Below are positions 55,528-64,000 of a stretch of DNA of 64,000 nucleotides, one piece after another. The notes beneath the pieces are model-generated. The model worked only from the letters and a program-made list of their open reading frames with translations, was not told the DNA's origin and ran no database searches. The DNA is from an uncultured Alphaproteobacteria bacterium (GTDB lineage Bacteria > Pseudomonadota > Alphaproteobacteria > Caulobacterales > Aquidulcibacteraceae), in the NCBI GenBank assembly GCA_902826035.1, contig CADEDG010000001.1:38305-102304 (forward strand), in the 5' to 3' direction. Within the stretch, counting starts at the first letter, position 1. Each line of letters opens with the position of its first letter. The translations under genes were made by a program, and so were the position numbers.

Positions 55528-56019
55528 ATGTTTGGCAAAGGCAAGCCTCCGACTCGCATCGACCTCGCTGCGCGCGTCAAGCAGGTGACCGCCAAGACCC
55601 GGCCGCCTCGCAACCGTCTCCACTTATCTCCCGTCCAAAGCGGGCTGACCGTCAAGCCGTTTTTCGGCAGGCCAACCGAAGTCATTACGCCCGCGCAGCG
55701 GGCGATCATGCTCGCCTGTGACGTACGCAGCGCCGCGGGGGAGAACATCGATCCAAACCCGGTGGTAAAACTCTTCACGCCGGACGGCGCCTGCGCCTGG
55801 CTCTTGACCGAACTTGATCCGGAAGATCCCGACGTTGCCTTCGGACTCTGCGATCTCGGAATGCGCTTTCCTGAGCTCGGATCGGTCAGGCTATTTGAAT
55901 TGATGGCCGTGCGAGGCGCACTTGGGCTCGCGGTCGAGCGCGATGTCCACGTCACGGCGACGCGCACGCTCGGCGAGTACGCCGATGCAGCCATGAAGGC
56001 GGGCGCAATCCGCGCATGA
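55528..56019 (+). CDS. DUF2958-family protein (start uncertain)
   Basis: PVVKLFTPDGACAWLLTELDP, FGLCDLGM..PELGSV and VERD. Confidence 0.85.
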   Translation: MFGKGKPPTRIDLAARVKQVTAKTRPPRNRLHLSPVQSGLTVKPFFGRPTEVITPAQRAIMLACDVRSAAGENIDPNPVVKLFTPDGACAWLLTELDPEDPDVAFGLCDLGMRFPELGSVRLFELMAVRGALGLAVERDVHVTATRTLGEYADAAMKAGAIRA

Positions 56020-56101
56020 GCACGGACGGTAGGCCTCTATATCGGCATTTGCGGGCGCGTCAGCGACGCACCCGCTTGGGGCGAAGCTCACGGCCGCTCA
56101 G

Positions 56102-56236
56102 CTAATGTTGGTGTGCGCAAAGCGCGTGATCGGCGAGCGACTCAATGATGCGGCATTCGCCCGAGGGCCCGCCAGAGCAGGCCTCGATCATGCGCACGAG
56201 TTCGGCTTCGAGAGCGCGCAGTTGGTCGAGGCGCTG
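56102..56236 (-). pseudogene. C-terminal remnant of a MerR-family (CadR/ZntR/PbrR-like) metal regulator
   Basis: A frame not in the ORF track reads QRLDQLRALEAELVRMIEACSGGPSGECRIIESLADHALCAHQH*, with no HTH or start upstream. Confidence 0.8.
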
Positions 56237-56697
56237 ACGGGTCCGACATAGAGGACGCGCACGGCGCGTTGCGTGTCCGCGTCGGCGACTTCCACATAGC
56301 GATAGCGATCGTCGCCGCGAGAGGCAAAGCCGATGCGCTCCACTACGCCCGCGATCGGCGCACGAACGATCTCACCAGGCTCGGCGACGTGATCGGCGCC
56401 GCGATGGCGCCGCGCGCCGCCGCCGCGTGACGCGCCAAAGGCGCCGGCGCCGTAAACATCTTCGCCTCGCAGATCGTGTCCCGTCGGGCTGACCACGTCA
56501 GGAGGCAGAGTGGGCTTGACGCCCAATGCGATCTTGGGCGCGTCCATCATCGGCGCTGCAATGAGGGAGCGCTCAGCCGCAAAGCCCGCGCCGACGCAAC
56601 CCGCCAACGCGAACGTCGTGAAGAGAGTTGCGGCCGCGCCCCGGGGGGCGGGGAAAGTGACGCGGCCGCGCCGCCGGACACGAGAGGATGCGCTCAT
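56188..56697 (-). pseudogene. Truncated M23-family peptidase-like lipoprotein
   Basis: Lipobox LAGC; RHRGADH (HxxxD) and VRAPIAG. Similarity stops at YVGP (~56240), before the HxH zinc motif. Confidence 0.7.
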
Positions 56698-59093
56698 GCG
56701 GCGGTTTCCTTGTAGTTCAAGAGTCGGAGCGCGTTGGCGACCACGAGGAGCGTCGAGCCTTCGTGAAAGATGATCGCCGAGCCGATTCCGAGACCCAGAA
56801 TGGTCGATGGGATGAGCACGGCGACGACACCGAGGCTGACCCAGAGGTTTTGCCGGATCACCTGCGTGGTGCGCCGGCTCAAGCCCACCGCGAAGGGCAA
56901 ATGATTGAGGTCATCGGCCATCAGCGCGATGTCAGCGGTTTCGAGCGCGACATCCGAACCGGCCGCACCCATCGCAATGCCGACGCTTGCATTGGCGAGC
57001 GCTGGCGCATCGTTGACGCCGTCGCCGACCATGGCGACGCCGCCTTTGTGTGATGCGAGTTCTCTGATGGCGGTGACTTTGTCTTCCGGCATCAGCGCGC
57101 CGCGCGCCTCGGTCAAACCGACCTTCTGCGCGATCGCGTCGGCGACACGCTGATTGTCGCCGGTCAGCATGATCATCTGCTGCATGCCGAGACCGCGTAA
57201 ACGCTGCAGCACGCTCTTGGCCGCTTCGCGTTCGGTATCCATCACCCCGAGCGCGCCCAGATAGTGTGCGCCGCGGCGCACGATCATCACCGTGCGACCC
57301 CCGCTTTCGAGCCGGCCGACCGCGCTTATCATCTCCTCACTCAAGGGCGAGGCGCTTTCCTGGAAGAGCCCAGGCTTGCCGATCTGGACGATCGCGCCGC
57401 CGATGCGGCCCTGCACGCCTTTGCCGGTAATGCTTTCAACCGCTTCTGCTGCCGGGATCGGCGTATCGCCGGCGCGCGCGCTGCCATCGCGCACGACTGC
57501 GCCCGCCAGCGGGTGGTCGCTGCCTTGCTCGATGGCGATAGCGACGGAGAGAAGCTCGGTTTCGCCGATGCCGCTCGCAGGCACGACGTCGGTTAAGCGC
57601 GGCTTGCCTTCAGTCAGCGTGCCGGTCTTGTCGAACGCTATCGCGGTGACGCGTCCCAGCGCTTCAAGAGGTGCGCCACCCTTGACCAAGACGCCGCCGC
57701 GCGCAGCGCGTGCGACGCCGCTTAAGACCGCGCTCGGCACCGAAATGGCGAGCGCGCAGGGGCTTGCCGCTACCAGCACGGCCATCGCGCGATAGAAACT
57801 TTGTGAGAACGGTTCGTCGACAACGACCCAGGCTAGGAGCAGGAGGCCAATCAAAACGAGCACGCATGGCACGAAGAAGCGCTCGAAGCGGTCGGTGAAG
57901 GCTTGCGTCGGCGAGCGTTGCGATTCTGCTTCCGCGACGAGCGTGACGATGCGCGCCAACGTGCTCTCAGTGGCGAGGCGGGCGACGCGCACGTCGAGCG
58001 CGCACACGCCGTTGATTGTTCCCGCGAAGACGCGGTGCTGGTCCGGCGCTTTCGAGAAGTCCGCAAAGGCGTCGGGGCTGGCGGCGGCTACTTTTTCGAC
58101 AGGCGCGCTTTCGCCTGTGATCGGCGCCTGGTTCACCGCACTCTCGCCGGCGATGACGATCCCATCGGCTGGCAGTCTTTCATTGGGCCAGACCAGGATG
58201 ATGTCGCCGACTTTGAGATCAGCAACCGCAACCTCTTCGATGGCGTCGCCGCGCCGCAATTGCGCGCGCTCAGGCGCCAATTCCCCGAGCGCCTCGATCG
58301 CGCGCTTGGCGCGCCCCATCGCCCAGTTTTCGAGCGCGTGACCCAGGCTGAAGAGAAACAGCAGGAGGGCGCCTTCGGCCCAGGCGCCGAGTGCTGCCGC
58401 GCCAATGGCGGCGACGATCATCAGGCTGTCGATGCGCAGCCGGCGATGGCGCACGTTGTCGATCGCCTCCAACACTGTGAAGTAGCCGCCCAAGGCGTAG
58501 GCGGCGATGTAGAAGAGCAAGGGCAGGATCGGGGCGCCGCTTAACTCAGCAAACCAGCCGATCGCCAAGGCCGCGCCCGATCCCACCGCGAAGGTGAGTT
58601 CCGATCGTTCACCGAAAGGGCCTGCGTGTTCATGGCTGTGCGCCGTCGGCGCGCGCGGCGGCGATCTTGGCGCACCCGGCGTTTCAGCGAAGGTTTGGAC
58701 TAAAGTCTCGGCGAGGATCAGGTTCGGGTCGAAGTCGACGAGCACCTGATGTTCGGACCGTTCGGTTGCGAGCAAGACGCCGTTGCAGCGGCGCAGGCGC
58801 TTGGCCGCCGCTTTCGCCTCGCTCACATTGAGCGCGATATGCTCGCGCCGCCGCAGCACCTGCGATGCAGCCTGCGCGGCGAGGATGTGGATGCGTCTCT
58901 TGTCCTCCTTCGCAGGATCGAAATGGACACAGATGCGCAGACCAGAGTCAAGATTGCCCTCCACGTGCGCTTGGCTGACCGCTGCTATGCGGTGAAGCTT
59001 GCGAGCGAGTTCCACACCGCAAGCGCGGCAAGCGCCCGCGGCTTCAGTTCGAAGCACATTGGGCAGTTCCAGTTTGAGCTTGGCGGTCGTCAT
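56694..59093 (-). CDS. P1B-4-type heavy-metal (Zn/Co/Cd) ATPase
   Basis: AASPCALAIS, DKTGTLT and HEGSTLLV; N-terminal CRAC domain and HSHEH. Confidence 0.93.
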   Translation of the reverse strand: MTTAKLKLELPNVLRTEAAGACRACGVELARKLHRIAAVSQAHVEGNLDSGLRICVHFDPAKEDKRRIHILAAQAASQVLRRREHIALNVSEAKAAAKRLRRCNGVLLATERSEHQVLVDFDPNLILAETLVQTFAETPGAPRSPPRAPTAHSHEHAGPFGERSELTFAVGSGAALAIGWFAELSGAPILPLLFYIAAYALGGYFTVLEAIDNVRHRRLRIDSLMIVAAIGAAALGAWAEGALLLFLFSLGHALENWAMGRAKRAIEALGELAPERAQLRRGDAIEEVAVADLKVGDIILVWPNERLPADGIVIAGESAVNQAPITGESAPVEKVAAASPDAFADFSKAPDQHRVFAGTINGVCALDVRVARLATESTLARIVTLVAEAESQRSPTQAFTDRFERFFVPCVLVLIGLLLLAWVVVDEPFSQSFYRAMAVLVAASPCALAISVPSAVLSGVARAARGGVLVKGGAPLEALGRVTAIAFDKTGTLTEGKPRLTDVVPASGIGETELLSVAIAIEQGSDHPLAGAVVRDGSARAGDTPIPAAEAVESITGKGVQGRIGGAIVQIGKPGLFQESASPLSEEMISAVGRLESGGRTVMIVRRGAHYLGALGVMDTEREAAKSVLQRLRGLGMQQMIMLTGDNQRVADAIAQKVGLTEARGALMPEDKVTAIRELASHKGGVAMVGDGVNDAPALANASVGIAMGAAGSDVALETADIALMADDLNHLPFAVGLSRRTTQVIRQNLWVSLGVVAVLIPSTILGLGIGSAIIFHEGSTLLVVANALRLLNYKETAA

Positions 59094-59166
59094 GAGCGTT
59101 TCATGCCGGAGAGCCGCGCCAGCGCGCGCGGTCGAGGCGTGTGCGGCAATCGAGCCAATGTCCGCA

Positions 59167-59706
59167 TCACGCCGCTCCGGCCGACGCTTGCTTGATGCGC
59201 AGCGCGGTGTTGGCGGCGTTGACGGTGGCGGCAATGCGCAGTGCCGCTTGAACGCGCTCAAGCGTTACGCCGCGCTTGTGCAACTCAGCTTCGTGGACAT
59301 TGAGGCAGGCCCCGCAATTGGCCATCGCCGAGATGGCGAAGGCCCAGAGTTCGAAATCGATCTTGTCGACCTCGGTTTGGGCGAGCCCCGTCATGCTGAG
59401 ATTGGCGTTGGCGGCGCGGTAGTCGTGATTGGAAAGGAGATTGATGGCGCCGTAATAGACCGTGTTCATGGCCATCACGGTGGCGGCCAGCTTTGCCGCC
59501 TGCCTGGCTTTTTCAGAGAGCGCCGGCGCTGCGGCGCTCTCCATGTGACGGATCAAAGTCGGATTGTCGGTGGCGTAGGCGCACGCCAAGAAGCATCCCC
59601 ATTTTTGCTGATCACTCAGCAGCGTCTCGCCAACGAGCGCGTCAAGATTGCGCTTTTGATCCCAGGCATAATCGGGAAGGGCGTCGCGCAAAGCGTCGAT
59701 GGACAT
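59167..59706 (-). CDS. ahpD: AhpD-like alkylhydroperoxidase (CMD family)
   Basis: LPDYA, MAMNTVYY, DFELW and NCGACLNVHE (CxxC). Confidence 0.88.
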   Translation of the reverse strand: MSIDALRDALPDYAWDQKRNLDALVGETLLSDQQKWGCFLACAYATDNPTLIRHMESAAAPALSEKARQAAKLAATVMAMNTVYYGAINLLSNHDYRAANANLSMTGLAQTEVDKIDFELWAFAISAMANCGACLNVHEAELHKRGVTLERVQAALRIAATVNAANTALRIKQASAGAA

Positions 59707-59719
59707 GGGTCTTTCTCCT

Positions 59720-62700
59720 TTACTCGGCTTGGGCCGGTGATGCGTCGCCCGAATAAGCGGTAGGCATCTCGCCCGAGCGCGCGACGTGACCGCTCTTCAG
59801 CATGAGCCGGCAGATTGCCGGCAACACAAAGAGCGTGAGCAAGGTCGCGGTGATGAGGCCGCCGATCACGACGGTCGCCAGAGGTTTTTGCACCTCAGCG
59901 CCAGTGCCGTGCGCGATCGCCATCGGCACAAAACCGATCGCGGGCACGATGCCCGTCATCAAGACGGCGCGGAATTTTTCGATCATGCCCTCGCGGATGG
60001 CGTCATCGAGAGGCATGCCAAGATCGAGGCGCTTATTGATGCCGGTCATGACGACAAGACCGTTGAGGACGGCGACGCCCGCAAGACAGATGAAGCCGAC
60101 CGCGGCCGAGATCGAAAATGGCATGCCGGTGAGGAAGAGCGTGTAGACCCCGCCCGCGAGTGCGAGCGGCACCGCGGTGAACACAGCGCCCGCGGCGCGG
60201 AAGGTGCCAAGCGCCATATAGAGAATGCCGAAGATCAAGACGAAGCAAGCCGGCACGATGAGCGACATACGTTGCGACGCCGATTGCAGGTTTTCGAACT
60301 GGCCGCCCCAGTCGAGGTAAGCGCCGGTGGGCAAGTCCACCTCGGCGTTCACCCGGCGCTGTGCTTCGGCGACGAATGAACCCAAATCACGCCCGCGCAC
60401 ATTGGCTTGCACGACAACCCGGCGGCTGCCGTTCTCGCGGCTGACCTGGTTTAGCCCTTCGGAGAAGGTGAAGGTCGCAACCTCCCTGAGGGGGATCGAT
60501 TGGCGCGGTCCTTCGCTCGTTTCGGGCAGCATCACCGGAAGTGCGCCGACGGCGTCGAGATCGTCGCGCATAGCGTCGGGCAAACGCACGACGACGTCGA
60601 AGCGCCGGTCGCCTTCAAACACGAGACCGGCTTCGCGCCCGCCCATGGCCGTCGCGACCGTATCGGTGACCTCTTGCAGCGAGAGCCCGTAACGGGCGAT
60701 GGCGTCGCGGTCGAAATCGACATCGAGGGTCGGGAAGCCCCCGGTCTGTTCGACTTTCACGTCGGCGGCGCCGTCGATCGATTGCAGCACCGCGGCGATG
60801 CGCCCCGCCGCTGCGCTCATCTCGGTCAGATCCTCGCCGTAGAGCTTGATCGCGACGTCGCCGCGTACGCCGGCGATGAGTTCGTTGAAGCGCATCTGAA
60901 TCGGCTGCGTGAACTCATAGGAATTGCCGATGAGCTGGGCGAGGCGAGCCTCGATGCGGGCGATGAGCTCGGCCTTTGATTCGTTCGGGTTTGGCCATTC
61001 CGAGCGCGGCCGGAGGATGACGAACGAATCGGAGATGTTGACCGGCATCGGGTCGGAGGCGACCTCTGCCGTGCCGGTCTTCGAGAACACGAACGCCACT
61101 TCGGGAAACTCCGAGATCGCTTGCTCCACCCGCGACTGCATCGCGGCCGATTGCTGCAGCGAGGTCGACGGAATGCGCACCGCTTGGATGGCGATGTCCT
61201 GCTCGTCGAGCTGGGGGATGAATTCCTGGCCGAGCGTAAAGAAAAGGAGGATTGCGGCGACGAAGACGCCGACCCCTCCGGCGATCACCGTCTTTGGCTT
61301 GCGCAAAGAAAAGTCGAGACCGGGCATGTAGCGGTTGCGCGCGATCTCGACCGCCTTGACTTCCTTCTCGGCGACCTTGCCGCGGATGAGGAGCGCGACC
61401 ATGGCCGGCACGAACGTCAGCGAAAGAACGAAGGCGGCGCCGAGCGCCAGCATCAATGTGATGGCCATCGGCGAGAACATCTTGCCTTCGACGCCGGAAA
61501 AGGTGAGCAGCGGCGCAAATACGAGGAAGATGATCATCTGGCCGAAGATGGTCGGCTTGATCATTTCCCGGCTCGCTTCCACCGTCTCGTAGAGGCGCTC
61601 CGGCAGCGTCAGCAGTCTGCCTTCGTGGTGTTGACGCTCCGACAATCGTCGCAAGCAATTCTCGATGATGATCACCGAGCCATCGACGATGAGGCCGAAA
61701 TCGAGCGCGCCCAGGCTCATGAGATTGCCAGAGACGCCAAAGACATTCATGCCGATCGACGTCATCAGCATGGAGAGTGGAATGATGAGCGTGGCGATCA
61801 CCGCGGCGCGCACATTGCCCAAGAGCAGGAAAAGCACGACGGCAACAAGAAGCGCGCCTTCAGCGAGATTACGCTCGACCGTGGCGATGGTGGCGTTGAC
61901 CAGCTTCGAGCGGTCGTAAACCACTTCGGCGACGATGCCGGGCGGCAAGGTCTGCGAGATTTCAGCGAGGCGTTCGGCGGAGGCGGCCGCGACGGTGCGG
62001 CTATTGCCGCCCGTCAACATCAGCACCGTGCCGACCACCACCTCATGGCCCCCAGAGGTCGCAGCGCCGGTCCGGAGATCGCCGCCAACGGCGACGTTGG
62101 CGACATCGCGCACCGTGATCGGCACGCCGTCGCGCGTCGCCACCACGGCTTCGGAGATTTCCGCCAAAGTGCGGATGCGGGCGTCGGCGCGGATCAGGAA
62201 GGATTCGCCGCCTTGCTGGATGAAATTGGCGCCGACCGAGAGATTGGCGCGCTCCAGCGCCTCAGCCAGTTCCGAGAACGAGATGCCGTAGGCCGCCAAG
62301 GCGCCTGCGTCGGGCTCGACCACATATTGTTTTTCATAGCCGCCGATTGAATCGACGCCGGCGATGCCGGCGACCGAACGCATCTGCGGACGGATGATCC
62401 AATCCTGGATCGTGCGCAAGTAAGCGGCTTGCGCGACAGGATCGGCAAGGCGCTCGCCTTCGACTGTCAGATACGCGCCGTCCGCTTGCCAGCCCGGCTC
62501 GCCGGGCGCGGCGCGTGCGCCTTCTGCGTTGGGATCTGCGTAGTGGACCGTCCACATCAGCACTTCGCCGAGGCCGGTCGAGATCGGCCCCATTTGCGGT
62601 TCAACCCCTTCGGGCAAGCTTTCGCGCGCCTGCGTCAGCCGTTCGGCGACTTGCTGGCGGGCGAAATAGATGTCGACGCTGTCGTTGAAGACGACGGTGA

Positions 62701-62977
62701 CTTGGCTGAAGCCGTTACGGGAAATCGAACGCGTGTTTTGCAGTCCGACGATGCCGGACATCGCGGTTTCAACCGGATAGGTGACGAGGCGTTCGACATC
62801 GAGCGGGCCGAACGCTGGCGCGACCGTATTGATCTGCACTTGCCGGTTAGTGATGTCGGGCACCGCATCGATCGGCAGGCGCACGATGTTGAAGACGCCG
62901 ATGCCGGCGACGACGAGGACGATCGCCATGACAGCCCAGCGGGCTTTGACGGCAAGTTCGATGAGACGGCTAATCAT
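59720..62977 (-). CDS. czcA: CzcA-type divalent-cation RND efflux permease
   Basis: IDAVPDITNRQVQIN, GPISTGLGE, ALDFGLIVDGSVIIIEN and QKPLATVVIGG. Confidence 0.96.
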   Translation of the reverse strand: MISRLIELAVKARWAVMAIVLVVAGIGVFNIVRLPIDAVPDITNRQVQINTVAPAFGPLDVERLVTYPVETAMSGIVGLQNTRSISRNGFSQVTVVFNDSVDIYFARQQVAERLTQARESLPEGVEPQMGPISTGLGEVLMWTVHYADPNAEGARAAPGEPGWQADGAYLTVEGERLADPVAQAAYLRTIQDWIIRPQMRSVAGIAGVDSIGGYEKQYVVEPDAGALAAYGISFSELAEALERANLSVGANFIQQGGESFLIRADARIRTLAEISEAVVATRDGVPITVRDVANVAVGGDLRTGAATSGGHEVVVGTVLMLTGGNSRTVAAASAERLAEISQTLPPGIVAEVVYDRSKLVNATIATVERNLAEGALLVAVVLFLLLGNVRAAVIATLIIPLSMLMTSIGMNVFGVSGNLMSLGALDFGLIVDGSVIIIENCLRRLSERQHHEGRLLTLPERLYETVEASREMIKPTIFGQMIIFLVFAPLLTFSGVEGKMFSPMAITLMLALGAAFVLSLTFVPAMVALLIRGKVAEKEVKAVEIARNRYMPGLDFSLRKPKTVIAGGVGVFVAAILLFFTLGQEFIPQLDEQDIAIQAVRIPSTSLQQSAAMQSRVEQAISEFPEVAFVFSKTGTAEVASDPMPVNISDSFVILRPRSEWPNPNESKAELIARIEARLAQLIGNSYEFTQPIQMRFNELIAGVRGDVAIKLYGEDLTEMSAAAGRIAAVLQSIDGAADVKVEQTGGFPTLDVDFDRDAIARYGLSLQEVTDTVATAMGGREAGLVFEGDRRFDVVVRLPDAMRDDLDAVGALPVMLPETSEGPRQSIPLREVATFTFSEGLNQVSRENGSRRVVVQANVRGRDLGSFVAEAQRRVNAEVDLPTGAYLDWGGQFENLQSASQRMSLIVPACFVLIFGILYMALGTFRAAGAVFTAVPLALAGGVYTLFLTGMPFSISAAVGFICLAGVAVLNGLVVMTGINKRLDLGMPLDDAIREGMIEKFRAVLMTGIVPAIGFVPMAIAHGTGAEVQKPLATVVIGGLITATLLTLFVLPAICRLMLKSGHVARSGEMPTAYSGDASPAQAE

Positions 62978-63013
62978 GAAAGCGAAATCCGGTCAGGAGG
63001 ATTGAGGAGAAGC

Positions 63014-63994
63014 TCAGTGATCGTGCGAGGCTGAGCCCTTGCCGATTTCGGCTTTCACGAGGAATGCGTTCTCGGAAACGTAGATTTCGCCGGGCGTCAG
63101 CCCCGCCGGGATCTCGACCGTATCGCGTCCCGCGCGCCCCAGCGTGACGGGCCGCGCTTCGTAGGTGTCTTCAGACACGCGCACGAACACGACAGTTCGC
63201 CCTTCGAGCGTCTGCACCGCCTCGCGCGCCACCGCAATCGGCACTTGCTGTTCGGTCAGCACCACGGAGGCGCGCACCGCCATGCCGGGGCGAAGCGGCG
63301 AGCCCTGCGGGATGGTGAGCGGGGCGCGGGCGAGCAGGGTCTGACTATGCGCGTCAGCGGTAGGGAGTACGCTGGCGATGCGCGCTTCGATGCGCGTCGC
63401 ACCGTCGAGACCTGTGATGAGCACGCTTTGCCCGGACGCGACACGACCGATGTCGCGCGTCACGACGTTTAATTCGGCCTGAAGACGCGTCAGATCGCCG
63501 ACTACGAACAGCGGCTCTTCGCTGGTGACGTCGCCGATATTGGTTTGCCGCTCCAGCACAACGCCGGAGATCGGCGTGACGATGGAATAAGTCTGCAGAC
63601 TCTCCGCACTTTCGACGCGCGCGAGCGTCTGGCCGCGCTGCACGATGTCGCCGATATTGTGTGTGACGGCGCGCACGGGTCCCGGATAGGGCGCATGCAC
63701 TTCGGCGCGCGCGGCCGGTTGCAACATGATGCGCCCGGTCAGATTGAGCGTCTCCTGGATCGCGCCGGGTCCAACCGTTGAGACCCCGATGCCGGAGGCT
63801 TCAGCAGATGCGGCCGGAATGGTGACCCGCTCGGCGGCGCTTTCTTCTTCGGCGTGCCCGCCTTCGCCCTCAGCGTGGCTCTCTTCGCCTTCCTCATGGC
63901 CCGCCTCTGCGGTGGGTTGTTCGGCTTCGCCGGCCCCGCAGCCGGAAAGGCCAAGCGCCAAAATCAGCGCGATCGGCGCTGCGGCCAGCTTCAT
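63014..63994 (-). CDS. czcB: CzcB-type RND periplasmic adaptor with His/Glu-rich N-terminus
   Basis: Lipobox LSGC; GHEEGEESHAEGEGGH; C-terminal KAEIGKGSASHDH. Confidence 0.92.
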   Translation of the reverse strand: MKLAAAPIALILALGLSGCGAGEAEQPTAEAGHEEGEESHAEGEGGHAEEESAAERVTIPAASAEASGIGVSTVGPGAIQETLNLTGRIMLQPAARAEVHAPYPGPVRAVTHNIGDIVQRGQTLARVESAESLQTYSIVTPISGVVLERQTNIGDVTSEEPLFVVGDLTRLQAELNVVTRDIGRVASGQSVLITGLDGATRIEARIASVLPTADAHSQTLLARAPLTIPQGSPLRPGMAVRASVVLTEQQVPIAVAREAVQTLEGRTVVFVRVSEDTYEARPVTLGRAGRDTVEIPAGLTPGEIYVSENAFLVKAEIGKGSASHDH

Positions 63995-64000
63995 TCTGAA

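Noticed and set aside
1-64000. Many long overlapping or antisense ORFs (e.g. 10268..11149, 11230..12000, 20812..22080, 25359..26471, 32121..33098, 61121..62350)
   Set aside because: They are shadow frames of well-supported genes in GC-rich DNA, with no motifs or RBS.
1-64000. CRISPR array, IS element or integrase
   Set aside because: No regular repeat-spacer array, terminal inverted repeats or recombinase motifs were seen.

Overview
GC-rich alphaproteobacterial DNA (a Caulobacterales/Hyphomonadaceae-like host is my inference). Almost the whole window is a mosaic copper/heavy-metal resistance region. Efflux and detox genes: partial cusA plus cusF at the left end, a second cusF, copA(MCO)-copB, a cueR-copA P1B-1 ATPase pair with a clear CueR box, two more P1B ATPases (CPD and SPC motifs), and czcB-czcA at the right end. 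Regulators: two CnrY/CnrX/CnrH-like modules and a CorE-like Cys-rich ECF sigma. Cargo: ackA, phosphoketolase, MBL/beta-CASP, AMP/thymidine phosphorylase, prs, type II GAPDH, 2-hydroxyacid dehydrogenase, metK, cfa, methyltransferases, an ATP-grasp protein and many small His/Met-rich lipoproteins. A tRNA-Thr(UGU) lies at 6172-6247. No integrase, transposase or CRISPR array was seen. Three observations came from reading the raw sequence. (1) About 20 intergenic copies of a promoter-like motif GGG-N15-GCGTA(T/A) point into most transcription units, which suggests one large ECF regulon coupling metal efflux to metabolic cargo. (2) Three homologous ~70-72 nt hairpin elements start exactly at the predicted +1 of such promoters, and two of them have no downstream gene (candidate new structured RNA). 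(3) Two lesions are invisible in the ORF track: a frameshifted His-rich membrane microprotein and an M23-peptidase/MerR fusion scar. All family assignments come from motif recognition, not database searches.
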